Source of the DNA: Escherichia phage phi92
Sequence record: NC_023693.1
Strand: one strand, 5' to 3'
DNA length: 64,000 nt
Part shown: one piece after another, positions 47,523 to 55,686 of the stretch
Layout of the letters: each line of letters opens with the position of its first letter
Position numbering within the stretch: the first letter of the stretch is position 1
Translations under genes and position numbers: made by a program
The notes under the pieces: generated by a model
Told to the model about the DNA's origin: nothing
What the model saw: the letters and a program-made list of their open reading frames with translations, nothing else
Database searches by the model: none

Positions 47523-48084
47523 AGATAAACGAATGCAAAACATCGATCTTACTTGGATAGAAGCCAAAGAAGCAATGTTAAAAGGCAAACGCGTTAAACA
47601 TAAATACTTTTGCGAAGGAGAATGGTTTGAAATGCGTAACCGATCCCTTGTAGATGAAAAAGGGAATGACATGGGACAATGGTTCAAAAATGAAATTTGG
47701 CAGGGGACAGGTTGGTCTATAGTTGAAGAGCAGCCTAGCCCAAGCGCACTGTTTAGCCCTATTATGTATCGCGTTATCGGTGCTTTAGTTGTTGATCACG
47801 GGATTGCAGTGGAAAAAGAATGCTGGGAAGAGGTATCTTTTTTCAACCTGGCTTCTTATGCAAAAAGCCATATGCACTTGTTTGAAGAAGGGGATGAATT
47901 TGTTCTTCGTATGCGATATGGCAAAGAATTCAGATTACCACTTGATAACGATGTAGACACTGTTGTAAAATGGTTAGCAGAGCATTACGCTTACGATGCA
48001 ATTTGTGGTCGCAGCTTCGGCAACGAACGCTGGGACATGATTTGTGAAAAATATGATTTTGAGCCGGAGTACGGAGTTTTATAA
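47523..48084 (+). CDS. hypothetical protein (DUF2829-like N-terminus)
   Basis: Start set to ATG (MQNIDLTWIEAKEAMLKGKRV) with RBS gaggag. Confidence 0.4.
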
Positions 48085-48335
48085 TGTTAAGTATCAAACC
48101 TAAAATGATAACAGAAGACGAAGCAGACTTTATTTTCAAATGTGGACGTGTATGGAGAGAATTCACAAAAGGAAATGAAGTGGTTGTTGTTGTCGAACAC
48201 AAGATATCTATCCAGGATCTGTTTGGACAATATGTTGATGTTATTAAATTAGGTATTGACAAGGGTTTAGTTGAGGTGTTAACATTAGATCAAGTTGAAG
48301 CAGAGCACCTCGATAAAGTAGTGGTTGAATTTTAA
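48084..48335 (+). CDS. hypothetical protein
   Basis: 83 aa ORF; start overlaps previous stop (taATG). Confidence 0.4.
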   Translation: MLSIKPKMITEDEADFIFKCGRVWREFTKGNEVVVVVEHKISIQDLFGQYVDVIKLGIDKGLVEVLTLDQVEAEHLDKVVVEF

Positions 48336-48355
48336 AATACAGACGGGAGAAAGGT

Positions 48356-48529
48356 ATGAGTTTCTTTGTTACAGTATTTATGGCTATCTGGATTGTAGTC
48401 TCACTCGTTCTTTTCCTGGTGGGTTGTCTGGAAGAGATTAAGAAAGCGGTTATTTGCGGTTTCTTTGGCTTTATTATCTCTCCTGCCTGGATGTGGTTCT
48501 TCATTATGATTGGTTTCCTTAAAAGGTAA
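48356..48529 (+). CDS. small membrane protein (57 aa)
   Basis: RBS gggaga; two hydrophobic helices MSFFVTVFMAIWIVVSLVLFLVG...; below track size cut-off. Confidence 0.4.
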   Translation: MSFFVTVFMAIWIVVSLVLFLVGCLEEIKKAVICGFFGFIISPAWMWFFIMIGFLKR

Positions 48530-48543
48530 GTGAGGAATAAAGA

Positions 48544-48981
48544 ATGAGTAAAACAAACGCAATCGCAGATAAAGCAACTGATGTACTTCTGAACATGGTT
48601 AACGTCACTATTCAAACAATGAGTGATGTTGTAGAGTTTGGAAAACAACAAATTCCAGAAGTAATCCATCAATTATTAGTGTGGAAAGCAGTATCCGCAG
48701 GTTTATGGCAACTTTTTAGTATTTGCTTTATGTTTATTACTTTTATTGCTGTGCGGAACATCGTAAAAGCAATTAAAGATAAAGAATGCCTGTGGTCACG
48801 AGATCGCTATGGTGAAGTATCTGCTTTACCTATTGTTGGTCTTGTTGTCTGTGCTTTCTTTTTCTTTTTAGGATTTGTTATTTTCTTTTCGAATTTTGAT
48901 TGGCTAAAAATCATTATTGCACCAAAAGTGTATCTGATTGAATTTGCTGCTGATTTAATTCGTTCATCTCAACAAAGATAA
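48544..48981 (+). CDS. membrane protein
   Basis: 145 aa with three hydrophobic segments; RBS gaggaa. Confidence 0.4.
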   Translation: MSKTNAIADKATDVLLNMVNVTIQTMSDVVEFGKQQIPEVIHQLLVWKAVSAGLWQLFSICFMFITFIAVRNIVKAIKDKECLWSRDRYGEVSALPIVGLVVCAFFFFLGFVIFFSNFDWLKIIIAPKVYLIEFAADLIRSSQQR

Positions 48982-48993
48982 AAAGGGGTTAAA

Positions 48994-50121
48994 ATGAAAT
49001 ACACGATTTATGGTGATATTGTAAGTGTAAATAAAGATATGGGCGTGGAATCTAACTATCTTCCACCTGGATTCTATACTGTTAGTCGTGATCCCCTTGG
49101 CAATTATTTTTTAAGCCGTGGTAATCTAACAGGTGTACCGGATGTTCTGTATGGTGAAACAGAAAAACGAGCAAATCACGTTATTCGTACATTCCATCGC
49201 CGGAGTGCACAAGGTAAAAATACAGGCTTGCTTCTGACAGGAACTAAGGGCAGTGGTAAAACTATGTTAGCCAAGCTCATTAGTCGTGACCTTGTAGAAG
49301 AAGGTATTCCAACTATTATGGTTACTCAAGCCTACAGTGATGCTAATTTCATTGAACTTATTAGCAAGATCACCGACAAAGCAGTAATTATTTTTGACGA
49401 ATTTGATAAAGTATACGAGAAGAAACAAGATCAAGAAGCACTTCTCACTTTGTTAGACGGTACTGGTAGTGGTAATAAACTGTTTATTTTGACTAAAAAC
49501 AGTGGTTTTATCTCGGAATTCTTTTTAAATCGTCCTAGTCGTGTGTTTTATAATTTTAATTATGATAAAATCTCACTAGAAACCATGATTGACTATTTAG
49601 ATAAAAACCTGGATAACAAAGCACACTTTGATAATTTCCAAAGACTTTGGGATGTAAGTTTAGAGTTGTCCTTTGATGTGATCCAAGGTATAGTAGAAGA
49701 ACTTAATTTCTACCCTGATTTATCCTTTAAAGAATGCATCTCTATGATGGGTGTTTCTTTAGGTGGTGGTAATAAATGGGATATCAGCAGCGTTGTTATT
49801 AATGGAAAACTTCAGAAAGTTAGCTGGGTATCTAGTTGGCATAACTTTACACCTGCAATCTTTTTAGGTGGCTCGTGCACACTAGACGTGTACTTGTCAT
49901 CTCCAAGTGATGCAGATTCTAAAGAAGCCCTTGCTAATAGCTCTTACGTGGTTTTTGATGATGAAGGCGATGCTCGAATTCCATTGAACGCAACAAAAAT
50001 GAAAGCAGATCTTATTACAGGCGGTAAAATCGTTGTGTTTAGTGATGATCCAGAAGATTCTTTCCGTATTGTTCTGGAACCAACTATCACCAATGGTGCA
50101 ACTTTGGCAAGCGTGTTTTAA
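48994..50121 (+). CDS. P-loop ATPase (paralog of 32537-33697)
   Basis: Walker A GTKGSGKT, Walker B IIFDEFDKV; collinear similarity to the - strand ATPase over most of its length. Confidence 0.5.
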   Translation: MKYTIYGDIVSVNKDMGVESNYLPPGFYTVSRDPLGNYFLSRGNLTGVPDVLYGETEKRANHVIRTFHRRSAQGKNTGLLLTGTKGSGKTMLAKLISRDLVEEGIPTIMVTQAYSDANFIELISKITDKAVIIFDEFDKVYEKKQDQEALLTLLDGTGSGNKLFILTKNSGFISEFFLNRPSRVFYNFNYDKISLETMIDYLDKNLDNKAHFDNFQRLWDVSLELSFDVIQGIVEELNFYPDLSFKECISMMGVSLGGGNKWDISSVVINGKLQKVSWVSSWHNFTPAIFLGGSCTLDVYLSSPSDADSKEALANSSYVVFDDEGDARIPLNATKMKADLITGGKIVVFSDDPEDSFRIVLEPTITNGATLASVF

Positions 50122-50135
50122 GTAAGCCAGCAAAT

Positions 50136-50160
50136 AAAAACCCGCTTCGGCGGGTTTTCT
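50136..50160 (+). terminator. rho-independent terminator
   Basis: AAAAACCCGC-TTCG-GCGGGTTTTCT. Confidence 0.55.
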
Positions 50161-50195
50161 TGCATTAATGCCAGATTTAATAAGAGGAGTAGTAG

Positions 50196-51386
50196 ATGGC
50201 AGCACCAAAATCATGGGAACAATATAAAGAAGAGTGTCAACCAATAGCAGAGAGTAAGCAAATCCAAATCTTAGGATGGACGGGAGAATGGAAAGGGAAC
50301 AAGACTAAACTTAAGCTATCTTGCTCTGATCATGGAGAGTGGAACACCACGAACATTAATGATTTTAAGAATGGACGTGGTTGTCCGGCATGTACAAGTA
50401 ATAAGTCGTTAACATGGGAAACAGAATTGCCGATCTTAGAAGAGATAGCACAGAAGAAGGGGTATCAAGTGTTAGGGTACGTTGGAGAATGGAAAGGGGT
50501 TAATACAAAACTTGATTTGTTGTGTCATTGTGGGAATAGATGGCAAAGTACAATTATTAAGACATTTAAACGTGTAAATGGTTGTCCACAGTGTAGAATA
50601 GAGAAGGTAAAGCAAGCCAGTACGAAGTCAGATGATGAAAGGATCGCCTCTTTCCTTGCTAAGCGGGATTATCCAGAAGGAACTATCTTTAAACGATCTG
50701 ATCGGACTACCTTGCAAGGTCGTGCAGTTTATTGGTTTGTGTATTGCCCTATCTGTGCACAAGATGAAATAACGAAAGCTGGGTTATGTAGTGGATGGTT
50801 TGAAAGTACAGCAGGGGATTTGCAAAAAGGGACTGCCGCTTGTCGTTGTAGTAAGTCCCCTAAATACACAGACGATCAGAATACATTCCGTGCAATGAAG
50901 GTATGCGAGGATAACGGTTATCAGTTTGTTGGTTGGGTTGATAAGGTAGGAACACAGTCTAAGTTTAAATATCTGTGTCCAGAACACGGGGTACAAATTA
51001 TAACATTGGGTAGTATGGTTAGGGGTCATGGATGCCCTGAATGTGCTGGTAATAGTCAACAGCAATTATATATTAACATTGTTAAAGATAATGATATTAC
51101 CGTTGCTCTTAAGTTTGGCATAGCTAAAGATAGCGACAGGCGATTAAACAGTCAAAATAGCCGTAATCTGTTTTTTATGGAGCGTATTTGTTTATATGAT
51201 TTTAGTACAGTGAAACAATGTAAGGCTACTGAAAGAGCTATAAAGAAAAAATTAAAAACTGGTATTTTAACGGCAAGAGAGTTGAAAGACGGTTATACAG
51301 AAACAGTAAGTGTTTCTGATTTGGAAAATCTTCAAAAAATTATTACACAATATGGTGGCAAATTGGTATATAGTAAGGAGGTGTAA
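50196..51386 (+). CDS. zinc-ribbon repeat protein with C-terminal T5orf172 (GIY-YIG-like) domain
   Basis: Repeated units GW.GEWKG..TKL.L.C..HG.W...GCP.C; C-terminal LYINIVK...ALKFGIAKDSDRRLNSQN. Confidence 0.5.
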   Translation: MAAPKSWEQYKEECQPIAESKQIQILGWTGEWKGNKTKLKLSCSDHGEWNTTNINDFKNGRGCPACTSNKSLTWETELPILEEIAQKKGYQVLGYVGEWKGVNTKLDLLCHCGNRWQSTIIKTFKRVNGCPQCRIEKVKQASTKSDDERIASFLAKRDYPEGTIFKRSDRTTLQGRAVYWFVYCPICAQDEITKAGLCSGWFESTAGDLQKGTAACRCSKSPKYTDDQNTFRAMKVCEDNGYQFVGWVDKVGTQSKFKYLCPEHGVQIITLGSMVRGHGCPECAGNSQQQLYINIVKDNDITVALKFGIAKDSDRRLNSQNSRNLFFMERICLYDFSTVKQCKATERAIKKKLKTGILTARELKDGYTETVSVSDLENLQKIITQYGGKLVYSKEV

Positions 51387-51938
51387 ATGCGGATTACTGA
51401 TAAGTATGTGTTCTTCTTCTCGGCAAAAGATGAATTTAGCAACTGGTATCTATCATCTTTTATTGAACCTTTAGCACCCAAGTATAATAACTCTATTACA
51501 AGTTCTGTTGAATTTACTTGTGTGGAACAATATATGATGTGGAGAAAAGCATGTTTGTTTTATGATTACAATATTGCATCTTCTATTTTAATCGGAGATC
51601 TCAGATATACAGGAGAAAAAGAACAAGCATATTATAAGCGACTAGGTAGATTAGTTAAAGATTATGATGAAGACACCTGGACTTCTTTACGGGAGAAGAT
51701 TGTCAAACGTGGTTTGTATCTTAAATACACACAAAATGAAGATCTCAAAAATAAACTTATCGCTTACGCAGATAAGGAGTTCGTAGAGGCAAGCCCCTAT
51801 GATTCTATTTATGGTATCAAAATGGGGATGTGGGATCGGGACGTGGAAAATAAGGATTGTTGGAAAGGACAAAATCTTTTAGGAAAATGGCATACAGACC
51901 TTGCTGTTTATCTAAAAACACAATCTGATATTTCCTGA
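51387..51938 (+). CDS. NADAR (YbiA-like) domain protein
   Basis: FFFSAKDEFSNWYLSSF, EQYMMWRKA and EASPYDSIYGIKMG blocks match NADAR signature positions; RBS aaggagg. Confidence 0.5.
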   Translation: MRITDKYVFFFSAKDEFSNWYLSSFIEPLAPKYNNSITSSVEFTCVEQYMMWRKACLFYDYNIASSILIGDLRYTGEKEQAYYKRLGRLVKDYDEDTWTSLREKIVKRGLYLKYTQNEDLKNKLIAYADKEFVEASPYDSIYGIKMGMWDRDVENKDCWKGQNLLGKWHTDLAVYLKTQSDIS

Positions 51939-52154
51939 TATTTTGAAAATTTTTATTTTTATAAAAAGGGGTGTGGGTTTCATGTACGGAAATTCACCCT
52001 CTGCACAGTATACCCAGAGTAAGTATTATTCTATACTCTGTTAATAAAGTATTTAATTTGTTTGTTGGACTATGGTATCTGGTTTTTAAAAGACACATTA
52101 TCTCTTAACTACTATTTATAACAGAACAGTAAAATCATTTTTATAAAAAGGACA

Positions 52155-52355
52155 AAATTATTTAAAGTTTTTACTAGATTTTTGGCTACAAATTTTGAAA
52201 ATGAAAAGTTCAAGTTTGGTCAAAATTATTTAAAGTTTTTGTACGTATTTCTATCCAGATTTTGAAAATGAAAACTTCAATTTTTTAAAAATTCCCCAGT
52301 TTATTTAAAGTTTTTTTGCCTTTTTCCGTAGAAAAATCAAAAATGAAAAGTTCAA
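52155..52355. repeat. three tandem imperfect direct repeats (iterons, about 70-75 bp)
   Basis: Each unit contains TTATTTAAAGTTTTT ... TTTGAAAATGAAAA(G/C)TTCAA. Confidence 0.6.
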
Positions 52356-52378
52356 TTTCGTGTTTTTATGGGTGTGCG

Positions 52379-52500
52379 GATGATAATCATTCTCATTTGT
52401 AAATGAGAATCATTATCATTTAATTATGTAAGTGATAATCATTCTCACTAAGAGAATGAGAATCATTAGCAAATGAGAATTTTTCTCATTTAGAGAATAA
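52379..52500. promoter_or_regulatory. cluster of palindromic operator-like sites (Fur-box-like)
   Basis: GATAATCATTCTCATTTGTAAATGAGAATCATTATC near-perfect 36-bp palindrome, plus GATAATCATTCTCA...GAATGAGAATCATTAGC and AAATGAGAATTTTTCTCATTT. Confidence 0.45.
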
Positions 52501-52753
52501 CGCGCAGGGGTGGTGTTTGTCTCGCGCTCCCGTGTCCCCTCGCCATACAATAAGAATAGCATAACCAACAACAAAAGCAAGCGATTATTTTTATCTTTAC
52601 ATTTCTTTACAAATTTATTTTAGACGAGCTACCGGCGATCAACCTTCCAACCAGTAGTGCCCTGGTATGTTAGCCCCGCCTTTACGCCGTGGGGGTGGCG
52701 CTTCCTCTTCTGTATGTAAAACAGTATAAGCCCGATCCCTGGGCTTGTCAAGA

Positions 52754-53020
52754 TTATTTTTTGTTTTCTTGCCAGGATAGGACACCTAACCAAAAATACA
52801 TGTCGCCCCGCGCCCCTGGTGGGATCTTGCTTTCCCCGCCGCCACTGCAAGCCCATAGATAACCATTTGCGAACGTATCAAAATGATCTATCTCTTCCAC
52901 CTTATGATCGCCCAGGTTGAGAACGGTTTCAACCTTTAAGCCCGTTGCGCTTGCTACCTGGTGCACCGTGCCGCCTTGCCAGCCCAATGAGTGCATGAGG
53001 TGTGAAGTAGTATTTGTCAT
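52754..53020 (-). CDS. hypothetical ORF in GC-rich island (uncertain)
   Basis: 88 aa ORF with weak RBS; local GC content visibly higher than the surrounding phage DNA. Confidence 0.25.
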   Translation of the reverse strand: MTNTTSHLMHSLGWQGGTVHQVASATGLKVETVLNLGDHKVEEIDHFDTFANGYLWACSGGGESKIPPGARGDMYFWLGVLSWQENKK

Positions 53021-53131
53021 GGTATCGCCCTTTCTTTGATGTGCGCCCTGGTTGGCGCGGTAGAAAGATAATAGCCCTTTCCTTTATAGATAGCAAGCAA
53101 AAAAGAAATGAAAAAAGATTAAAAAAAGGGG

Positions 53132-53160
53132 TTGACGTTCCTCACCTGGTAGCGTATTAT
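53132..53160 (+). promoter_or_regulatory. sigma70-like promoter
   Basis: TTGACG, 17-bp spacer, TATTAT. Confidence 0.4.
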
Positions 53161-53287
53161 TCATCTTGTCGAGGGGGGCGAGGCACAACGACAATAAACA
53201 AAAGGAGGGCGCAATGCAGGACGGGCAAAGGTGAGGATCTCCACAATCCACCGTCACAATAACATTACTTATAAAAGGTTGATAACG

Positions 53288-53392
53288 ATGATCAAGAAAG
53301 AAAACAGCTTGACGGTTGGAACGATTAACGCTATTTTGTTAGCCGTTCCAGTGTGGATCACTGTAGCAATTGTTGTTTCAATCATTCTATAA
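53288..53392 (+). CDS. small membrane peptide (34 aa)
   Basis: MIKKENSLTVGTINAILLAVPVWITVAIVVSIIL; below track size cut-off. Confidence 0.35.
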   Translation: MIKKENSLTVGTINAILLAVPVWITVAIVVSIIL

Positions 53393-53402
53393 GGCGTACA
53401 CT

Positions 53403-53684
53403 ATGAGCAAGGTAATTAATCATAAAGAGTTAAGCCCTACCCTTTCAATGAGTGAATGTACCGATGGTTTTTGGCTGTATGATGATACGCGCGGCATGAA
53501 TTTAGCCATGCGTGAAAAAACAGAAGAGGCGGCGTATATTAAAGCCCTGGAATACTACCAACGACGACTACAGGAAGTAGAAAGTAATTATAAAAGCCTG
53601 AAATCAAAGGTTGATCATTTTGTCGGTCAAGTAGTGGAAGAGGAAGAAGATCACTATTGCGAACGGTGCGGATCATATAGCTGA
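53403..53684 (+). CDS. hypothetical early protein
   Basis: Start set to ATG (MSKVINHK); track ORF starts upstream in the same frame. Confidence 0.4.
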   Translation: MSKVINHKELSPTLSMSECTDGFWLYDDTRGMNLAMREKTEEAAYIKALEYYQRRLQEVESNYKSLKSKVDHFVGQVVEEEEDHYCERCGSYS

Positions 53685-53693
53685 AAAAGATTG

Positions 53694-53750
53694 TTGACAA
53701 CGTTTGAAAAAGTAGTAATATGTATCACATAGGGCGGCAATAGTGCCGCT
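53694..53750 (+). promoter_or_regulatory. early promoter + conserved leader hairpin (cassette 1)
   Basis: TTGACA, 16 bp, TAATAT, then GGCGGCA-ATAG-TGCCGCT hairpin. Confidence 0.55.
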
Positions 53751-53773
53751 CATAACAGAAGAGAGAAATAATC

Positions 53774-54046
53774 ATGGCATCATATAGCGCATCAATGATC
53801 GTAATGGGTATCACTGGTAAACCTATGTGCGGTGGCGGATCTTTCGCTAATATTAATATTGATGGGCGTTTATCCCTGGATGCAGCGATCACCGTGGCAC
53901 GGGAAACATTTAAAAAAGAATGTAATTTCAATAAGCAAGATTATTTAGGTTTCGCTATTGAAAAAACCGCGCGCTTTGTGGATTATAAAAGCCCGAAAAT
54001 GATCGACACTACACTAAAAGCGCAAGATGTAGCGTTTTTGCTTTAA
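53774..54046 (+). CDS. hypothetical early protein
   Basis: 90 aa ORF downstream of cassette 1. Confidence 0.45.
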   Translation: MASYSASMIVMGITGKPMCGGGSFANINIDGRLSLDAAITVARETFKKECNFNKQDYLGFAIEKTARFVDYKSPKMIDTTLKAQDVAFLL

Positions 54047-54049
54047 GGT

Positions 54050-54109
54050 TTGACACTGAAAAATAATTGGGTAATATATACCACATAAGGCGGGAAATGG
54101 TTTCCCGCC
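54050..54109 (+). promoter_or_regulatory. early promoter + leader hairpin (cassette 2)
   Basis: TTGACA, 16 bp, TAATAT, then GGCGGGAAA-TGG-TTTCCCGCC. Confidence 0.55.
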
Positions 54110-54134
54110 AGGCCATCAAAGAAAGGGTAACACA

Positions 54135-54497
54135 ATGAGCAAGCAAATCAATACTATCATGTTAAACCTGGTATCTTTCCGCGACGACGTGAAAAATCTT
54201 TCGCGTGAAGCAGTGGATGCACGGATCGAAAGCTATCGCACGCAGATCGCAACATTGCCGCTAAAATGTGATCAACATGCCGCTAATATGATGCTTAATG
54301 CTATGCTTAAAAAGATGATTCAGTGTGATCTTACCCTGGCTTATGAATATGCTGGCGATCTCTTTGTAACGTATAATAAGCCCGTTCCAGGTATGAGCAC
54401 CACGGAAGAATTGCATGCCTTAAATCTGCGACAAGATGCATGGGATAACATGCGCCGTGTTATGGTATGGGTAGAAAGCGGTAAAATTTACGAATAA
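54135..54497 (+). CDS. hypothetical early protein
   Basis: 120 aa ORF, RBS aagaaaggg. Confidence 0.45.
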   Translation: MSKQINTIMLNLVSFRDDVKNLSREAVDARIESYRTQIATLPLKCDQHAANMMLNAMLKKMIQCDLTLAYEYAGDLFVTYNKPVPGMSTTEELHALNLRQDAWDNMRRVMVWVESGKIYE

Positions 54498-54503
54498 AAA
54501 CGG

Positions 54504-54557
54504 TTGACATTGCACTAAAACCTGATAAGCTATCTTAAAGCGGGAATTGTTCCCGCT
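54504..54557 (+). promoter_or_regulatory. early promoter + leader hairpin (cassette 3)
   Basis: TTGACA, 16 bp, TAAGCT, then AGCGGGAA-TTG-TTCCCGCT. Confidence 0.5.
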
Positions 54558-54575
54558 TACATAGGATAAAACTTT

Positions 54576-54722
54576 ATGAAACAATATGTAATGAGTATTC
54601 ACACCAAAAACGGCGCTACTGTTACGACTCCGGCACGGTTTGCACTTGTAAACCGTTGCAAGAGACTAAAACGAGAGTTAAAAAATAACCGTGCAACGGG
54701 CTTTAAACGCTGGGGAGGATAA
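54576..54722 (+). CDS. small basic protein (48 aa)
   Basis: MKQYVMSIHTKNGATVTTPARFALVNRCKRLKRELKNNRATGFKRWGG; its end provides RBS ggagga for the next gene. Confidence 0.4.
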   Translation: MKQYVMSIHTKNGATVTTPARFALVNRCKRLKRELKNNRATGFKRWGG

Positions 54723-54724
54723 TC

Positions 54725-54985
54725 TTGTTTTTTCTAAAAGTTTTTGATAATGTGATCGCTTTTGAACATGCTACAACGTTCAACCTGGCGAGATACGCTA
54801 TCAGGTTTAAAGATAATGTTTATCCCCGTGCTGGCGGCGGTTACACTATTTTTAATCATCGTAATGCGCAACTAACAGATATAACGAATCCAGATCCTGG
54901 AGTGTATCGCATAGGCTGGCTACCGTCAAAAGACGCTGCAAGCATGTTTAAGGTGTGTAAACTACTAACAGAAGAGGCGAACTAG
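54725..54985 (+). CDS. hypothetical early protein (TTG start)
   Basis: 86 aa; TTG start 5 nt after RBS GGAGGA; translationally coupled to the preceding small ORF. Confidence 0.4.
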   Translation: MFFLKVFDNVIAFEHATTFNLARYAIRFKDNVYPRAGGGYTIFNHRNAQLTDITNPDPGVYRIGWLPSKDAASMFKVCKLLTEEAN

Positions 54986-54986
54986 C

Positions 54987-55541
54987 ATGGGGCGTGAATA
55001 TGTGATCCAGTCCTGGGTAAAGCATGATGCTAATGATCCGCGCATAATACCAGACGACATGATCGATCACATGGTAGGGTATAGCGGGGAGCAGATAGGA
55101 AATCGAGCGGCAAAGAGCAACGGCAACACCAGGACGCGATCCGTTCGCCCTGGATGGCTGGCGAATGGTAACGCTGACATTGCAAGCGCCGCAGATCCAA
55201 GCGATGATGCTAAAAATAATCCCTTATACAGCATTGATCCGGCTTTTAAGGTGTTAGAAGAGTATCCCGCTAAATTAGCCGCACTAGATAAGGCATACGA
55301 AGAAAAGCGCATGGCATGGACTGTATACAACACCGCTAAAATGGTGCTAGATGCAAAATTGATTAAAGCCCAGGAGAAGATCAATAAACTTGTTACCATA
55401 GCGCAAGAGGAAGACCAGGACGACCAGGAGGAAGAGGAAGAAATCATGCCTAACCTGGAAGAGGAAGAGATCCAGCCATACATGCCGACGGAAGAGGAAA
55501 AAAGACAAGCCTTAAAAAATTACGAAAATTGTATTGTGTAA
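54987..55541 (+). CDS. hypothetical protein with strongly acidic C-terminus
   Basis: 184 aa ending QEEDQDDQEEEEEIMPNLEEEEIQPYMPTEEE. Confidence 0.45.
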   Translation: MGREYVIQSWVKHDANDPRIIPDDMIDHMVGYSGEQIGNRAAKSNGNTRTRSVRPGWLANGNADIASAADPSDDAKNNPLYSIDPAFKVLEEYPAKLAALDKAYEEKRMAWTVYNTAKMVLDAKLIKAQEKINKLVTIAQEEDQDDQEEEEEIMPNLEEEEIQPYMPTEEEKRQALKNYENCIV

Positions 55542-55544
55542 GGC

Positions 55545-55600
55545 TTGACATATGCAAACAAGCCCCGTAATATATACCACATAGAGCGGGGCAACGCCTC
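55545..55600 (+). promoter_or_regulatory. early promoter + weaker leader hairpin (cassette 4)
   Basis: TTGACA, 17 bp, TAATAT, then GGGGC-AAC-GCCTC. Confidence 0.45.
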
Positions 55601-55621
55601 AAAGGTGAAATAAAAAATCAC

Positions 55622-55649
55622 TTGACACCTGAAATCAGTAAGCTATAAT
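55622..55649 (+). promoter_or_regulatory. consensus sigma70 promoter (no hairpin)
   Basis: TTGACA, 16-bp spacer, TATAAT (perfect consensus), tandem to cassette 4. Confidence 0.55.
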
Positions 55650-55686
55650 GCTTATATAAATTAAAGCGTTACTAAGGAATAAAATC

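Noticed and set aside
52629-52856. ORF of 75 aa on the - strand in the GC-rich island
   Set aside because: Overlaps the slightly better 52754-53020 ORF in another frame, lacks start context, basic low-complexity sequence.
53014-53262. ORF of 82 aa on the + strand in the GC-rich island
   Set aside because: Arg/Gly-rich low-complexity translation, no RBS, overlaps the promoter at 53132-53160 and a - strand ORF; most likely a chance open frame.
51939-53287. tRNA genes in the large intergenic regions (also 62590-64000)
   Set aside because: No D-loop or T-loop (GGTTCGAAT-like) signatures or cloverleaf spotted by eye; cannot exclude without running a tRNA finder, so none reported.
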